The notes: generated by a model not told the origin, from the sequence alone. 64,000 nucleotides of DNA from Vulcanimicrobiota bacterium (GCA_963820825.1 CAWGBN010000002.1:64001-128000), one strand, 5' to 3'. Counted from the first letter of the stretch, positions 1-10,562 are shown. A program made the numbers and translations.

Positions 1-2
1 TC

Positions 3-890
3 GCCGACGTAACCCCGCCCGAGAAGCGCGCGGCGGCCTTCGGCATCCTCGGCAGCGCCTTTGGGCTCGGCTTCGTTCTCGGTCCCGCGATCGGCGGTAT
101 CGTCGGCAACGTCAATCCGCGGCTGACGTTCTGGGCCGCGGCACTCTTCGCGCTGATCAACACGCTCTACGGACTCTTCGTGCTGCCCGAGTCGCTGCCG
201 CGCGAACGGCGCACGCCGAAGCTGCAATGGCGGCGCGCAAATCCGATCGGATCGCTGCGCCTGCTGCGCTCGCACCACGAACTCTGGGGCCTCGCCTGCG
301 TCAACTTCATCACCTACCTGGCGCACGAAGTTCTTCCCAACGTCTGGGTGATCTACTGCATCGCCGCGTTCGGATGGAGCACCGGCAGCATCGGACTCAC
401 GCTCGCGCTCGTGGGGACGATCGCCGCGATCAATCAAGCGACGATGATCGGCCCGGTCGTCAAACGGCTGGGCGAACGGCGCCTGCTGCTGGCGAGCCTC
501 GCCGTCGCCGCGATCGGACTCGCGCTGATGGGAGCCGATAACGGAATTCTCTTCCTCGTCGCCGCGGTCATCATATCGCTGCCGATGTATCAAGCCTCGT
601 CGCAGGCGCTGATGACGCGCCGCGTCGGGCCGGCCGAACAAGGCGAGCTCCAAGGCGCGCTCGGCTCCGTTCGCGGCATCTCGATGTTGATCGGACCCTC
701 GCTCTTCACGTTGGTCTTCGCGCAGTTCGCCGGACCGTGGCGGTCGCTCGGATTGATGGGCGCGCCGTGGTTCTTGGCGGCGCTGCTCTATGGCGTCTCG
801 CTCTTACTCGCCTGGCGCGTTACCTCGCACGCCGACGACGTCGTGCTGCCGATTCCCGAACCGGCACCGCCGCTGTACGCCGAGAGTTAA
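3..890 (+). CDS. TetA/TCR-family MFS efflux transporter (5' truncated by window)
   Basis: Frame open from window start; AFGLGFVLGPAIGG (motif C-like), LPESLP, multiple TM helices, EQGELQGAL. Confidence 0.85.
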   Translation, partial: ADVTPPEKRAAAFGILGSAFGLGFVLGPAIGGIVGNVNPRLTFWAAALFALINTLYGLFVLPESLPRERRTPKLQWRRANPIGSLRLLRSHHELWGLACVNFITYLAHEVLPNVWVIYCIAAFGWSTGSIGLTLALVGTIAAINQATMIGPVVKRLGERRLLLASLAVAAIGLALMGADNGILFLVAAVIISLPMYQASSQALMTRRVGPAEQGELQGALGSVRGISMLIGPSLFTLVFAQFAGPWRSLGLMGAPWFLAALLYGVSLLLAWRVTSHADDVVLPIPEPAPPLYAES

Positions 891-1891
891 GCAAAGACGA
901 CGATCGGCTTGATGATCTGCGCCTCCGCGAGTTGCCGGTAGGCCCGGGGAACTTCATCGAGCGCAACGAGATCGGCGCCGAGCTTCGCGGCGGTGACGAC
1001 GCCCCCTGCTACCAGCTCGAGCGCCGCGCGCGTGTCGTCGGGGCCGCACGAATAGCTCGCGACGACGCGCAGATCGCCGAAGTATAATCGCTGTGAATCG
1101 ATCGTCACCGGTAGCTCGGGGGGAAACGGCGTAAACATCACCACGGTTGCGGCCGGCGCGGCGGCCTCGACCGCGGCCTGCATCGCCGCAGCCGTGCCGG
1201 GGCCGCAGATCACCACGTCGGCACCGTCGGGTAGCGCCGGTCGAACGTCATCGGGGTGAAATGCGATGGCGCCGTTGCGTTCCGCGACGGCTCGCCGCGT
1301 GGCGAGGAAGTCGCCGCCGAAGACCTCGGCGCCGAGCGCGCGCGCGGCGAGCACGTGCAGCAAGCCCATCACCCCGAGTCCGATGACGTAGCAACGGTCG
1401 CCCACACGCAGGCCGCTGCGGCGCAACGACTTCACTACGCAAGCGAGCGGCTCGACCAGCGACGCATCGGGAAAGCCGACGTTCGACGGCAAGCGGAGCG
1501 TGTCGCGCAAGTTTGCCGCACTAACGCGAAAGTACTCGGCGATGCCGCCGGGATCGATCTTGGTCGCGCGCCAGGTCGCACACTGCACGTACTCGCCGCG
1601 CCCGCAGGCACGACACTCAAAGCACGGTGCGTGATGGTGCACGAAGACCCGATCGCCGACGGCAAACGGCACGTCCCCGCGGGTCTCGGCAACGACGCCG
1701 GCCGGTTCGTGACCCAGCACGAGCGGCGCCTTTCGTCGAATATACCAGGGCATGACGTCGCCGCTGCAGATGCCGCTCGCCATGGTGCGCACCAGGATCT
1801 CGCCCTCGCCGAGCGGTGGAATCGCGCGCTCTTCGATACGGATGTCGTCGACGTCGTAGAGCACGCCCGCCCGCATCGTACCCCCGCTCAT
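887..1891 (-). CDS. Zinc-dependent alcohol dehydrogenase (MDR family)
   Basis: GICSGD, GHEPAG, CxxCxxC(x7)C structural Zn site, GLGVMG; ATG at 1891 overlaps the upstream stop (ATGA). Confidence 0.9.
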   Translation of the reverse strand: MSGGTMRAGVLYDVDDIRIEERAIPPLGEGEILVRTMASGICSGDVMPWYIRRKAPLVLGHEPAGVVAETRGDVPFAVGDRVFVHHHAPCFECRACGRGEYVQCATWRATKIDPGGIAEYFRVSAANLRDTLRLPSNVGFPDASLVEPLACVVKSLRRSGLRVGDRCYVIGLGVMGLLHVLAARALGAEVFGGDFLATRRAVAERNGAIAFHPDDVRPALPDGADVVICGPGTAAAMQAAVEAAAPAATVVMFTPFPPELPVTIDSQRLYFGDLRVVASYSCGPDDTRAALELVAGGVVTAAKLGADLVALDEVPRAYRQLAEAQIIKPIVVFA

Positions 1892-2907
1892 GGCTCGATC
1901 AATACTTTGAGCCCGACGCCGGAATCGAGATCGTGAAAGGCCGCTGCAATCTCGCCGAGCGGATACTGCCGCGAGATGAGCTGCGCGAGCGGAAGCGCGT
2001 GCGCGGCGATCAGCGCGTAGGCCTCCCGCACGTCTGCCGGCGAGAAATGAAAGGGCGCGAGCAGCCGGATTTCGTCGTAGTGCAGCCGTGCGGCGAGAAA
2101 CGAGACGCGCGCCTCGCCTGGCAGTCCGGCAAAGAACGAGACCGTTCCACCACGCCGCGCAAACGACGGCGCACTCTCCCACATCTCGATCGTGCCGGTG
2201 CATTCGACGACCGTGTCGGCACCGCGGCCCTCCGTTCGCTCGAGGATCGTTTCGTGGATCGGCATAACGCGCGTATCGAAGCTCTGTAGTCCGAGCGCGC
2301 GCGCCAACTCCAGACGCGCCGTGTTTCGTCCGAAGAGCATCGCGTCGACCCCCAGGCGCTCGAGCACGAGTGCGTGGAGTATGCCGAAGCCCCCATTGCC
2401 GATAATTGCAACGCTTGCACCGGGCACTGGTGAGAGCATTGCAATCGAGTGAACGACGCAGGCCAGCGGTTCGAGGAAGGCGGCTTCGGAGTAGCTCACG
2501 TCGGCCGGCTTGAGGAAGCAGTTTTGCTCGACGATCCGCTTTGGAACGGCGATGCAGTCGGAGTAGGCGCCCAAGAGCATCGCCGGCATCAGCTCCTCGC
2601 AGAGCTCCTCCTGACCGTGTGTGCACCAGAAACACTCGCCGCACGGTGCCGTGTGCACGCACATGATCGCATCGCCGGCCGAGAATGCGGTGACGCCCGC
2701 TCCGACCGCGGCGACGTCGCCGGAGAACTCGTGTCCGAAGCGCGTCGGCATCGGCATCTTGGGATGCCCGCGCCGATAGGTCTTGAGATCGGTTCCGTCG
2801 GTCAGCGCCGCGCGCACGCGCACGACGATGCCGCCTTCCGGTGCGGCCGGCGCCGGCTCGTCGCGCAGCTCGATCGTGCGCGGTGCAACGAGGACTGCTA
2901 CACGCAC
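1888..2907 (-). CDS. Zinc-binding dehydrogenase (MDR family)
   Basis: GHEFSG, CGECFWC..C, GNGGFG; GTG start inferred at 2907. Confidence 0.88.
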   Translation of the reverse strand: MRVAVLVAPRTIELRDEPAPAAPEGGIVVRVRAALTDGTDLKTYRRGHPKMPMPTRFGHEFSGDVAAVGAGVTAFSAGDAIMCVHTAPCGECFWCTHGQEELCEELMPAMLLGAYSDCIAVPKRIVEQNCFLKPADVSYSEAAFLEPLACVVHSIAMLSPVPGASVAIIGNGGFGILHALVLERLGVDAMLFGRNTARLELARALGLQSFDTRVMPIHETILERTEGRGADTVVECTGTIEMWESAPSFARRGGTVSFFAGLPGEARVSFLAARLHYDEIRLLAPFHFSPADVREAYALIAAHALPLAQLISRQYPLGEIAAAFHDLDSGVGLKVLIEP

Positions 2908-3341
2908 GAAATCAACGCAGAGCGAATCGGTTCGGGGAGCGGCCGGCTCTTCTTGGTGGTACCGTCCATCGCCGCAACGATCAGCTTCATCGCGGCTCCC
3001 GGTTCGCCGGTACGCTCGTTGAAAAAAACCGTCAGCCAGCGGAGGCTCGACGCGCCGACGTGCTCGACGTGCGTACGCATCCGCAGCCAATCGCTCATCA
3101 ATGCCGGAGCGTGGTACTCGGCCTCGACCCGTACCCGCGGCAGCCAAAAATTGTAATCGGTAAAGACGCTTTCATACGGAAAGCCAAGCTCGCCGAAGAG
3201 CTGCATCTCGGCGTACTCCGCGAAGCGCGAATAGGCGGCGAAGTACATGATGCCGGCGATGTCGATGTCGGCCCACTGCACTTGCAGCCTCGCTTCGAAG
3301 ATTCGAGCGCTCGAGGGAATCGGGTCGCGGAACTTGCTCAC
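2898..3341 (-). CDS. Acyl-CoA thioesterase (4HBT/YbgC hotdog family)
   Basis: VQWADIDIAGIMYFAAY motif. Confidence 0.85.
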   Translation of the reverse strand: MSKFRDPIPSSARIFEARLQVQWADIDIAGIMYFAAYSRFAEYAEMQLFGELGFPYESVFTDYNFWLPRVRVEAEYHAPALMSDWLRMRTHVEHVGASSLRWLTVFFNERTGEPGAAMKLIVAAMDGTTKKSRPLPEPIRSALISCV

Positions 3342-3937
3342 TCCGCGACCCCCAGTGCGTTGGCGGCGTACCGCGCGAGCGGGTCGGCCTCGAGGTTGAC
3401 GCTGCTGCCCGGCGAGCGCGATCCGAGCGTCGTGCGCGCGAGCGTCTCGGGAATGAGGGCGACTTCAAACGACTCGCCATTTGCCGCCGCAACGGTGAGG
3501 CTCACGCCGTCGACCGCAACGAAACCCTTGGGAGCGATCAATGCCGCGAGCGATTGCGGCCGCTCGATTCGCATGCGTTCTCCCGATCCTTCGCGCGTCC
3601 GGTCGAGCACGCGCGCTGCGACATCGACGTGTCCGTAGACCATGTGTCCTCCGATTCGATCGTTGAGACGCAGCGCGTACTCGACGTTCACGCAATCGCC
3701 GGTTGCCCGTTCGCCTAGCGTGCTGCACGCGAGCGTCTCAGGCACCACGTCAAAGGTAACGACCTCGCCGTCGATCGCCGTCGCCGTGAGACAGACGCCG
3801 TCGATCGCAATAGAATCCTTCGTCTCGGGCCGTTCGTGCGCGATGCCGTCGCAACGCACCTTGAGCGTGGCGCCGCCGCCGGCACGCGGCTCGTACACAA
3901 CCACGGTGCCGCGATAGGCGATGATCCCGCTAAACAC
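3338..3937 (-). CDS. ribE: Riboflavin synthase (alpha)
   Basis: MFSGII start, SIAIDGVCLT, GGHMVYGHVD, VDGVSLTV; adjacent to ribD. Confidence 0.95.
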   Translation of the reverse strand: MFSGIIAYRGTVVVYEPRAGGGATLKVRCDGIAHERPETKDSIAIDGVCLTATAIDGEVVTFDVVPETLACSTLGERATGDCVNVEYALRLNDRIGGHMVYGHVDVAARVLDRTREGSGERMRIERPQSLAALIAPKGFVAVDGVSLTVAAANGESFEVALIPETLARTTLGSRSPGSSVNLEADPLARYAANALGVAE

Positions 3938-5051
3938 GCGACGTGCCTTCGATCGGGTTTAGTACGCCGGAGATGATGACGTCGGCGCCGGCGCGCTCGA
4001 CGCGATCGATGCGAACCTCGACGCCGGCGAGGTTGCTGCCCGAGAGCACCGGGACCGCGGTCGCTCCGCTCAAAAACCGCGGCGCGATCGCCCAGTAGAC
4101 GCGGTCGACCATCCCGGCGGCAAGAAGGCTTGCGGCAAGCTTCGGGCCGCCCTCGCAGAGCACGCTGAAGATTCCGCGAGCGCGCAACGTTGTCATCGCG
4201 GCGCGCAGATCGAGCGCATCGTCGCCATTGGTTTCGACCTCAACGACGTCGGCAACGGCACGCAACGCTTCGAACCGATCGCCGCGGCCGGCCGGCACCA
4301 GCGCGATCGTCGTCGTGTAACCGTCGGCTTCGGCGAAGACGCGGCTGCTCGCCGATACCGGATCGCTGCCGCATACGACGACGCGCACGTACGGACGCAG
4401 CCGGCTGTGCGGCGGCCGAATCGTCAATTGCGAATCGTCGACGCGAATCGTTCCCGCGCCGGCCATGACCGCATCGTACCGGGTGCGCAGGTCGCGGACG
4501 TAGCGCTCTTCTTCCGCGGAGCCGAGCCGCTCTTGCACGCCGGGCCGCGCGGCGACGACGCCGTCGAGCGACATGGCCATCTTCACGGCGACGTACGGGC
4601 GCGCGCTCGCGTTGGCGCGCGCGAAGATCTCGATGAGCTCGCGCGCCGCCGGATCGTCGGCGATCGTCACCTCGATGCCGCACTCGCGCAGCTCCGCGGC
4701 GCCGCCGCGTCCGCTCGGATCGACCGTTCCGGCGACGACGCGCGCAACGCCGGCCGCGGCCAGCGCCTGCGTGCAGGGCGGAGTTCGCCCGACGTGGCGG
4801 CAGGGTTCCAGCGAGACGTAGAGCGTCGAACCGCGCGCCTGCGCGCCCGCTTGTGCGAGCGCGTCGGTCTCGGCATGCGCCGCACCGGCCCGGTGGTGAT
4901 ATCCCTCGCCGACGCGACGTCCGCCGTGCACCACGACCGCGCCGACCGGCGGGTTCGGCGCGGTGTTGCCGATACCGCGAGCGGCGAGCTCGTAGGCACG
5001 CTGGAGGTAGAGCTCGTCGAGCGACGTCAGCTCACGATCGGTAGACCCCAC
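3930..5051 (-). CDS. ribD: Bifunctional riboflavin deaminase/reductase
   Basis: PNPPVGAV, HAE, LEPCRH..RTPPC, SLDG, EGG motifs. Confidence 0.95.
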   Translation of the reverse strand: MGSTDRELTSLDELYLQRAYELAARGIGNTAPNPPVGAVVVHGGRRVGEGYHHRAGAAHAETDALAQAGAQARGSTLYVSLEPCRHVGRTPPCTQALAAAGVARVVAGTVDPSGRGGAAELRECGIEVTIADDPAARELIEIFARANASARPYVAVKMAMSLDGVVAARPGVQERLGSAEEERYVRDLRTRYDAVMAGAGTIRVDDSQLTIRPPHSRLRPYVRVVVCGSDPVSASSRVFAEADGYTTTIALVPAGRGDRFEALRAVADVVEVETNGDDALDLRAAMTTLRARGIFSVLCEGGPKLAASLLAAGMVDRVYWAIAPRFLSGATAVPVLSGSNLAGVEVRIDRVERAGADVIISGVLNPIEGTSRV

Positions 5052-5650
5052 GGGGTTCCGCTCTTCGTCACCGCGACGACCACGGCATCCTCAACCCGGC
5101 CTCCCGCCTCCCGCACGGCGCCGGCGCAGTCGCGCAGCGTCGAACCGGTCGTACAGACGTCGTCGAAGAGGGTGACGCGCCGTCCGGCCACGACCGCCGG
5201 ATCGCAGGCGAATCGTCCCGCGGCGGCGAGCCGCTGCGCCCTTGACCGTCCGCGCTGCGCGTCGCCGGCGCACTGTTCCAACGCAATCGCGACCCGCGCG
5301 CCGGCAATCGCCGCAGCGTGTTGCGCAACCAGGGCCACGCCGTCGCAGCCGCGAGCGCGGCGGCGGCGCAGGGTCGTCGGGATCGGCACGAGGAGCGAGC
5401 CGGGGACGACGAGCGCTGCGACGTTACGTCCGAGCGCTTCGGCAACGTCCCGTCGCCCGTCTTTGAGCGCGAGCACGGCCGCACGCAGATTCCCTTCATA
5501 CGCGCCGAATGCGGTGACCCGCAGCATTGGAAAGCGAACGCGTATGCGCTCGCACGCGCTCGCGCACGGCTCGCAGAGCCCCGAACCGAGCGCGTTACAC
5601 CCCGCACACTGCGCGGGAAAGAGTAGGTCGAGAATCCGCCGCCATACCAC
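5027..5650 (-). CDS. comF: ComF-family phosphoribosyltransferase
   Basis: N-terminal LDLLFPAQCAGC..LCEPC zinc ribbon; PRT motif DDVCTTGST. Confidence 0.85.
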   Translation of the reverse strand: MVWRRILDLLFPAQCAGCNALGSGLCEPCASACERIRVRFPMLRVTAFGAYEGNLRAAVLALKDGRRDVAEALGRNVAALVVPGSLLVPIPTTLRRRRARGCDGVALVAQHAAAIAGARVAIALEQCAGDAQRGRSRAQRLAAAGRFACDPAVVAGRRVTLFDDVCTTGSTLRDCAGAVREAGGRVEDAVVVAVTKSGTPWGLPIVS

Positions 5651-5689
5651 GCCGCTCGATCACGACGGCGATGGTGAGTAGCTAGGGCG

Positions 5690-6709
5690 CTAGGCGCCGC
5701 CGGCAACGAGTGCGTTGGTCATCACGCTCGCGGGTTCGACGATATAGCCGTTACCGACGATCGTATCGCAGAGCTCGGCGTGCGCTCCGATCCGCGCACC
5801 CTGCCAGCAGATCGTTCGTTCGAGGAGCACGCCGTCTTCGACGCATACGCCGTCGTCGAGAATGCTCGGACCGACGATGCGAACGCCCTCGGCGACGACG
5901 ACTCCGGCGCCGACCCGGACCGGTCCCTCGAGGCGAACGCCGGCGGCGATCTTCGCGGAGGGATCGATTCCATTCGGCGTCGTTTGCGGAATTCGCATGA
6001 CGCCGCGCACCACGTCGTAGCTCGCCCGCCGGTACTCGCGCGGCGTGCCGATGTCGGCCCAGTACGCACCGGCCGCTTCGAAACCGTAGAAAGGTTCGCC
6101 CGCGCCCTGCAGCGCGGGAAAGACTTGATTGCCGAAATCGTAGAATTCGTTCGCCGGGATATGCTCGAAGATCGCCGGCGAGAAGGCGTAGACGCCGGTG
6201 TTGGCGAGTTTGCTCAGCTCGGTCCCCCTCTTCGGCTTCTCTTGGAAGCCGACGATCTTGCCGCGCTCGTCGAGCACGACGACGCCGTATTGATCCACCT
6301 CGTCGCACTCGACCAACCCGATCGTCGCAATCGCGTTGCGGTCGCGATGGAAATCGAAGAGCTTGTCGAGACGCATGTCGGTGACCTCGTCGCAACCGAT
6401 GACGAGAAAGGGCCCGTCGTCGAAGAACTCTTCGATCTTCTTCACGCCGCCCGCGCTGCCCAGGAGCTGCGGCTCGTACGAGTAGTGGAGCTTGACGCCG
6501 AAGCGCGAGCCGTCGCCAAGCGTCGAAACAATGGCATCGGCGAGGTAGTGCGTGTTGATCGCGATCTCGTCGAATCCGTACGCCTTGAGATAATGCAGCA
6601 GATGCGCGGCGTTGGGAACGCCGGCAACGGGGACGAGCGGCTTTGGAACGAGTTTGGTAAGCGGATAGAGGCGCGTCGAAAGACCGCCGGCCAAGATCAT
6701 CGCTTTCAC
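5690..6709 (-). CDS. NDP-sugar pyrophosphorylase (mannose-1-phosphate guanylyltransferase-like)
   Basis: AMILAGGLSTRLYPLT..PKPLVP, FQEKP, WADIG, C-terminal hexapeptide repeats; GTG start at 6709. Confidence 0.9.
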   Translation of the reverse strand: MKAMILAGGLSTRLYPLTKLVPKPLVPVAGVPNAAHLLHYLKAYGFDEIAINTHYLADAIVSTLGDGSRFGVKLHYSYEPQLLGSAGGVKKIEEFFDDGPFLVIGCDEVTDMRLDKLFDFHRDRNAIATIGLVECDEVDQYGVVVLDERGKIVGFQEKPKRGTELSKLANTGVYAFSPAIFEHIPANEFYDFGNQVFPALQGAGEPFYGFEAAGAYWADIGTPREYRRASYDVVRGVMRIPQTTPNGIDPSAKIAAGVRLEGPVRVGAGVVVAEGVRIVGPSILDDGVCVEDGVLLERTICWQGARIGAHAELCDTIVGNGYIVEPASVMTNALVAGGA

Positions 6710-7455
6710 AAGCTGACCATTCCCTTTCGAGCGGAGCGAATACCGAACTCGTCGAGCGCGACGAGCCAAACGAAGCGCGGCAGCGCGAGCTGACGCCGCC
6801 ATCGCCAGGGTTCTTTAGCCAGCCGGTAGAGCCATTCCAAACCGAACCGCCGGATGACTCCCGGCGCCCGTTCGATCCGTCCGGCGACCACGTCGAACGA
6901 TCCGCCGACGCCGATGCCGGCGCCGCATCCCGTCGACGTAAGGTTCTCCGCGAGCCAATACTCCTGACGCGGCGATCCCATGCCGGCGAAGAGCAGGCGT
7001 GCGCCGCTCTCGGCAATGGCCCTCACGACCGCCGGCGTTTCGTCGTCGCGAAAGTATCCGCTTCGCGCGCCCGCGACGCGGAGCGCGGGAAGCTGCGATT
7101 GGAGCTTCGCCGCGGCCTCGGCGGCGACGCCGTCGGCACCTCCGAGAAAATAGACCGACACGCCCTGCGCCGCCGCGCCGGCGCAGAGGTGTTCGATCAA
7201 CTCGACGCCGGTCACGCGCTCGCGCAAGGACGCTCCGCGACGCTTCGCGACCGCAAGCAGGCCGACGGTGTCGCAGAGCGAGAGTGCCGACGCGTTGACG
7301 ATCGCGCGAAAGCGCGCGTCGCGCTGCGCGTGCACGACCATCTCGGTACCGAGCGTGACGATCTGCGCGCCCGCATCGCTTCGCGCGAGCTCCAAGATGC
7401 GCGCGGTCGCCTCATCCGCATCGATCGGATCGAGCCGGCAGCCCAGAATCTGCAC
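6706..7455 (-). CDS. WecB/TagA/CpsF family glycosyltransferase
   Basis: RVTGVEL, GMGSPRQE, GVGGSFD, GLEWLYRL. Confidence 0.92.
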   Translation of the reverse strand: MQILGCRLDPIDADEATARILELARSDAGAQIVTLGTEMVVHAQRDARFRAIVNASALSLCDTVGLLAVAKRRGASLRERVTGVELIEHLCAGAAAQGVSVYFLGGADGVAAEAAAKLQSQLPALRVAGARSGYFRDDETPAVVRAIAESGARLLFAGMGSPRQEYWLAENLTSTGCGAGIGVGGSFDVVAGRIERAPGVIRRFGLEWLYRLAKEPWRWRRQLALPRFVWLVALDEFGIRSARKGMVSL

Positions 7456-7459
7456 GACG

Positions 7460-8353
7460 TTACCCCGACTCCGAGCCCGCGATCAACGGCCGCAGCCGAT
7501 CGGCGATCGCTTGCGGGAGCGAATCGAGCGGCAACCGGCACTCTCCGACGTTAAAACCTAACTGACGCATCGCCCACTTCACCGGTATCGGACTCGCCGT
7601 TGCAAAGAGCGCGTCGATCAGCGGTAAGAGCGAGGCATGAATGCGCGCCGCTTCGTCGACGCGTCCTTCCCGATAGGCGTCGAGCATGCGACGATACTCC
7701 GGCGAGCAGAGGTGCGACGCGACGCCGACGACGCCGTCGGCACCGAGCGCCAGACAGGGCAGGAAGAGATGATCGTCACCGGCCCAAACGACGAACTCCT
7801 CGGCGCGATCGCGCAGCACCGTGCCGATCTGTTTGAGATCGCCGCTCGATTCTTTGACGCCGGCGACGTTACGGTGGCGGCGCGCGAGTTCGAGAAGCGT
7901 CTCGGGCAGCATATTCACGCCGGTACGCCCGGGAATGTTGTAGATCACGACCGGCAGCGCTGTCGCATCGGCGATCGCACCAAAATGCGCGAGCATCCCG
8001 CTCTGCGTCGGCTTGTTGTAATAGGGCACGACCGCGAGAAGCGCGTCGACGCCGGCGGCGGTCGCGGCTTCCACGGCGCCGACCGACTCGCGGGTGGAGT
8101 TCGTGCCGGCGTTCGCCACGACGACTGCCGAATCGCCGACGGCCTCTTTGACGGCGCGCCAGAGCGCGACGCGCTCGCCGGCGTCGAGCGTCTGGCCCTC
8201 GCCGGTCGAACCGGCAACCACGAGGCCGTCGTTTCCGCGCTCGACGAGCCAGCGCGCGAGCCGTTGCGCTTCGCGCGCGTCGAGCTCGCCGCGATCGTCG
8301 AACGGCGTCACCATCGCCGTGAGGATCGTTCCTAGTCCGGTACGCGGCGTCAT
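7460..8353 (-). CDS. dapA: 4-hydroxy-tetrahydrodipicolinate synthase
   Basis: AMVTPF, GSTGE, PYYNKP, YNIPGRT, GVKESS. Confidence 0.95.
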   Translation of the reverse strand: MTPRTGLGTILTAMVTPFDDRGELDAREAQRLARWLVERGNDGLVVAGSTGEGQTLDAGERVALWRAVKEAVGDSAVVVANAGTNSTRESVGAVEAATAAGVDALLAVVPYYNKPTQSGMLAHFGAIADATALPVVIYNIPGRTGVNMLPETLLELARRHRNVAGVKESSGDLKQIGTVLRDRAEEFVVWAGDDHLFLPCLALGADGVVGVASHLCSPEYRRMLDAYREGRVDEAARIHASLLPLIDALFATASPIPVKWAMRQLGFNVGECRLPLDSLPQAIADRLRPLIAGSESG

Positions 8354-9570
8354 ACGACGGTCTCTCCCTTATCGAGGCCAAACTTCTCGTGGACCGCGCG
8401 CTCGGCGCGGGTGACGTGATCGGCCGGAACCAGAACCGAGATCGTCATGTTGCTGTCGGTGCAGTGAATGATCTCGACGTCGGCTTGCGAGAGCACGTCG
8501 ACGATCCGATGCACGACGCCGGGCGTCCCGCGCATGCCGCTGCCGACGATCGAGAGCTTCGAGCACCCCTCGCGTACGCGCACCGCAAGATTCAAATCGC
8601 CGAGCCGCTCCCGGATCTCGTTTCCGCGGTCGCCGGCGACCACGAAGGCGACGCCGGCCTGATTGATCGTAACCTGATCGATCGAAACTCCGGCCTCGGC
8701 GAGACGGCGAAACATTTCGAGCTCGGTCTCCATACGGCGCTTCGGCGATTCGATGTCGCCGCGAATGATCCTGACCCAGGTCACCCGGCCGGTCGAAGTC
8801 ACGCCGGTAATCGGGCGTTCGTGAGTGCGATCCTCGACAAGTGTACCGCGATCGGTCCGAAGCCCCTTGACGGAGTAGCGCGTTCCGGTGCGATGCGCGT
8901 ACTCGGCGGCCTTGTCGTGCACGACCGTCGCTCCGTGATTGGCCAGCTCGGTCATCTCGCCCAGGGACGCGCGCGGGATCGTCTGCGCTTCGGGAACGCG
9001 GCGCGGATCGGCGGTCATCGCGCCGCTGACGTCGGTATAGATGTCGACGCGCTCTGCATCCAAGGCGTGTCCGATCGCGAGCGCGGAGAGATCGGTGCCG
9101 CCGCGGCCCAGCGTCGTCACGACTCCCGCGCCGGTCGCACCTTGAAATCCGGCAACGACCGGAACGATGCCGCGATCGAGCGCTTCGTGAATCGCGCGAG
9201 GCTCGACGCGCAGAATTCGCGCGTCGCCATGACGCGCATCGGTGACGATGCCGGCCTGCGCGCCGGAGAGTGCGACTGCTTCGATACCGCCGGCGGTGAG
9301 CTCGTCGGCGAAGATCGCCGCCGAGATCAGCTCGCCGGCCGAGAGTAGCAGATCGGCATTCGCGCTGCCGCTTCGCTCGCCGACGAGCCCGAGCAGCGTA
9401 TCGGTTGCGTAGGGATCGGGAGGACGGCCGATCGCCGAAACGACCGCGACCGTCGCGAAGCCCGCCTCGCGCGCGTCGCGAATGCGCTGATAGGCGATCG
9501 CGCGCTCCGCCCGGTTGGCAACCGAGGTTCCGCCGAACTTGAGCACGGCGATTCGCTGCGTCGCGCTCAT
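8350..9570 (-). CDS. lysC: Aspartate kinase
   Basis: VLKFGGTSV, VVSAIG, TTLGRGGTD, ACT domains; lies in the dap operon. Confidence 0.93.
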   Translation of the reverse strand: MSATQRIAVLKFGGTSVANRAERAIAYQRIRDAREAGFATVAVVSAIGRPPDPYATDTLLGLVGERSGSANADLLLSAGELISAAIFADELTAGGIEAVALSGAQAGIVTDARHGDARILRVEPRAIHEALDRGIVPVVAGFQGATGAGVVTTLGRGGTDLSALAIGHALDAERVDIYTDVSGAMTADPRRVPEAQTIPRASLGEMTELANHGATVVHDKAAEYAHRTGTRYSVKGLRTDRGTLVEDRTHERPITGVTSTGRVTWVRIIRGDIESPKRRMETELEMFRRLAEAGVSIDQVTINQAGVAFVVAGDRGNEIRERLGDLNLAVRVREGCSKLSIVGSGMRGTPGVVHRIVDVLSQADVEIIHCTDSNMTISVLVPADHVTRAERAVHEKFGLDKGETVV

Positions 9571-10562
9571 GCCGCGACGTACCCTTTTCGAAGCAATAGC
9601 TCGAGGATCTGCACGGCATTCGTCGCCGCGCCGCGGCGCAGTTGATCGCCCACGCACCAGAGCGCGAAGTGCCGCTCGTCGCCGTCGCGGCGAAGACGCG
9701 CGACGTGAACGTCGTCGCTTCCCTCGACCTCGCGCGGCGTCACGATGCCGTCGGAATGAAAGACGATCCCCGGCGCGGCCGCGAATGCCGCCGCCAACTC
9801 CGCGACGCTCGTAGGACGCTGCGTTTCGAGAAAGACCGCTTCGCTATGGGCGGTGAGAACGGGAACGCGCACGGCCGTGACGCTTACGTGCAACTCGGGA
9901 AGGTCGAGCAGCTTCCGGGTCTCGTCGCGCACCTTGCGCTCTTCGCCGCTCCAGCCCGATTCATCGAAAGCACCGATCTGCGGAACGACGTTGCGCGCCA
10001 GCGGACGCGAGAAGACCGCGGCCGGCGGCTCCGGTTCACCGCGCGCGAGCGCGCCTTCACCGGCCCAGAGCTCCTCGAGTCCCGGGCGACCGGCACCGCT
10101 TGCGGCCTGATAGGTCGCCACGCGAACCGATCGTAATCCGGCGACGTCGCGAACCGGACGCAGTGCCGTGCAGAGCACGATCGCGGTACAATTCGCGACC
10201 GGAAAGAGGCGATGCTCGGCGCGAAGCACGCCCGCGTTCACGTCGGGCACGATCAGCGGCACGTCCCGGCGCATGCGGAAGGTCGCGCTATTATCGATCA
10301 CGATCGATCCGCCTTGAAGCAGCGCCGGCGCGTAGCGCTCGCTGGCGTCCTCACCGCCGGCAAAGAAGACGACGTCGAATCCGCGTAGCGCATCGTCGGA
10401 GGCAGCGCGAACCTCGAGCGGTGCACCGCGAAAGCGAATCGCTTCCGCGCGGGCGCGCGATGCAAACGGGGCGAGCTGCACGATCGGCAGATCGCGTTCT
10501 TCGAGCAGGCGTAGAATCGTTTCGCCGACCGCGCCCGTCGCGCCGACGACGGCGACGTTCAC
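9567..10562 (-). CDS. asd: Aspartate-semialdehyde dehydrogenase
   Basis: VAVVGATGAVG, ANCT, TYQAASGAG, RVPV..HSE, DQLRRGAATNAVQI. Confidence 0.95.
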   Translation of the reverse strand: MNVAVVGATGAVGETILRLLEERDLPIVQLAPFASRARAEAIRFRGAPLEVRAASDDALRGFDVVFFAGGEDASERYAPALLQGGSIVIDNSATFRMRRDVPLIVPDVNAGVLRAEHRLFPVANCTAIVLCTALRPVRDVAGLRSVRVATYQAASGAGRPGLEELWAGEGALARGEPEPPAAVFSRPLARNVVPQIGAFDESGWSGEERKVRDETRKLLDLPELHVSVTAVRVPVLTAHSEAVFLETQRPTSVAELAAAFAAAPGIVFHSDGIVTPREVEGSDDVHVARLRRDGDERHFALWCVGDQLRRGAATNAVQILELLLRKGYVAA

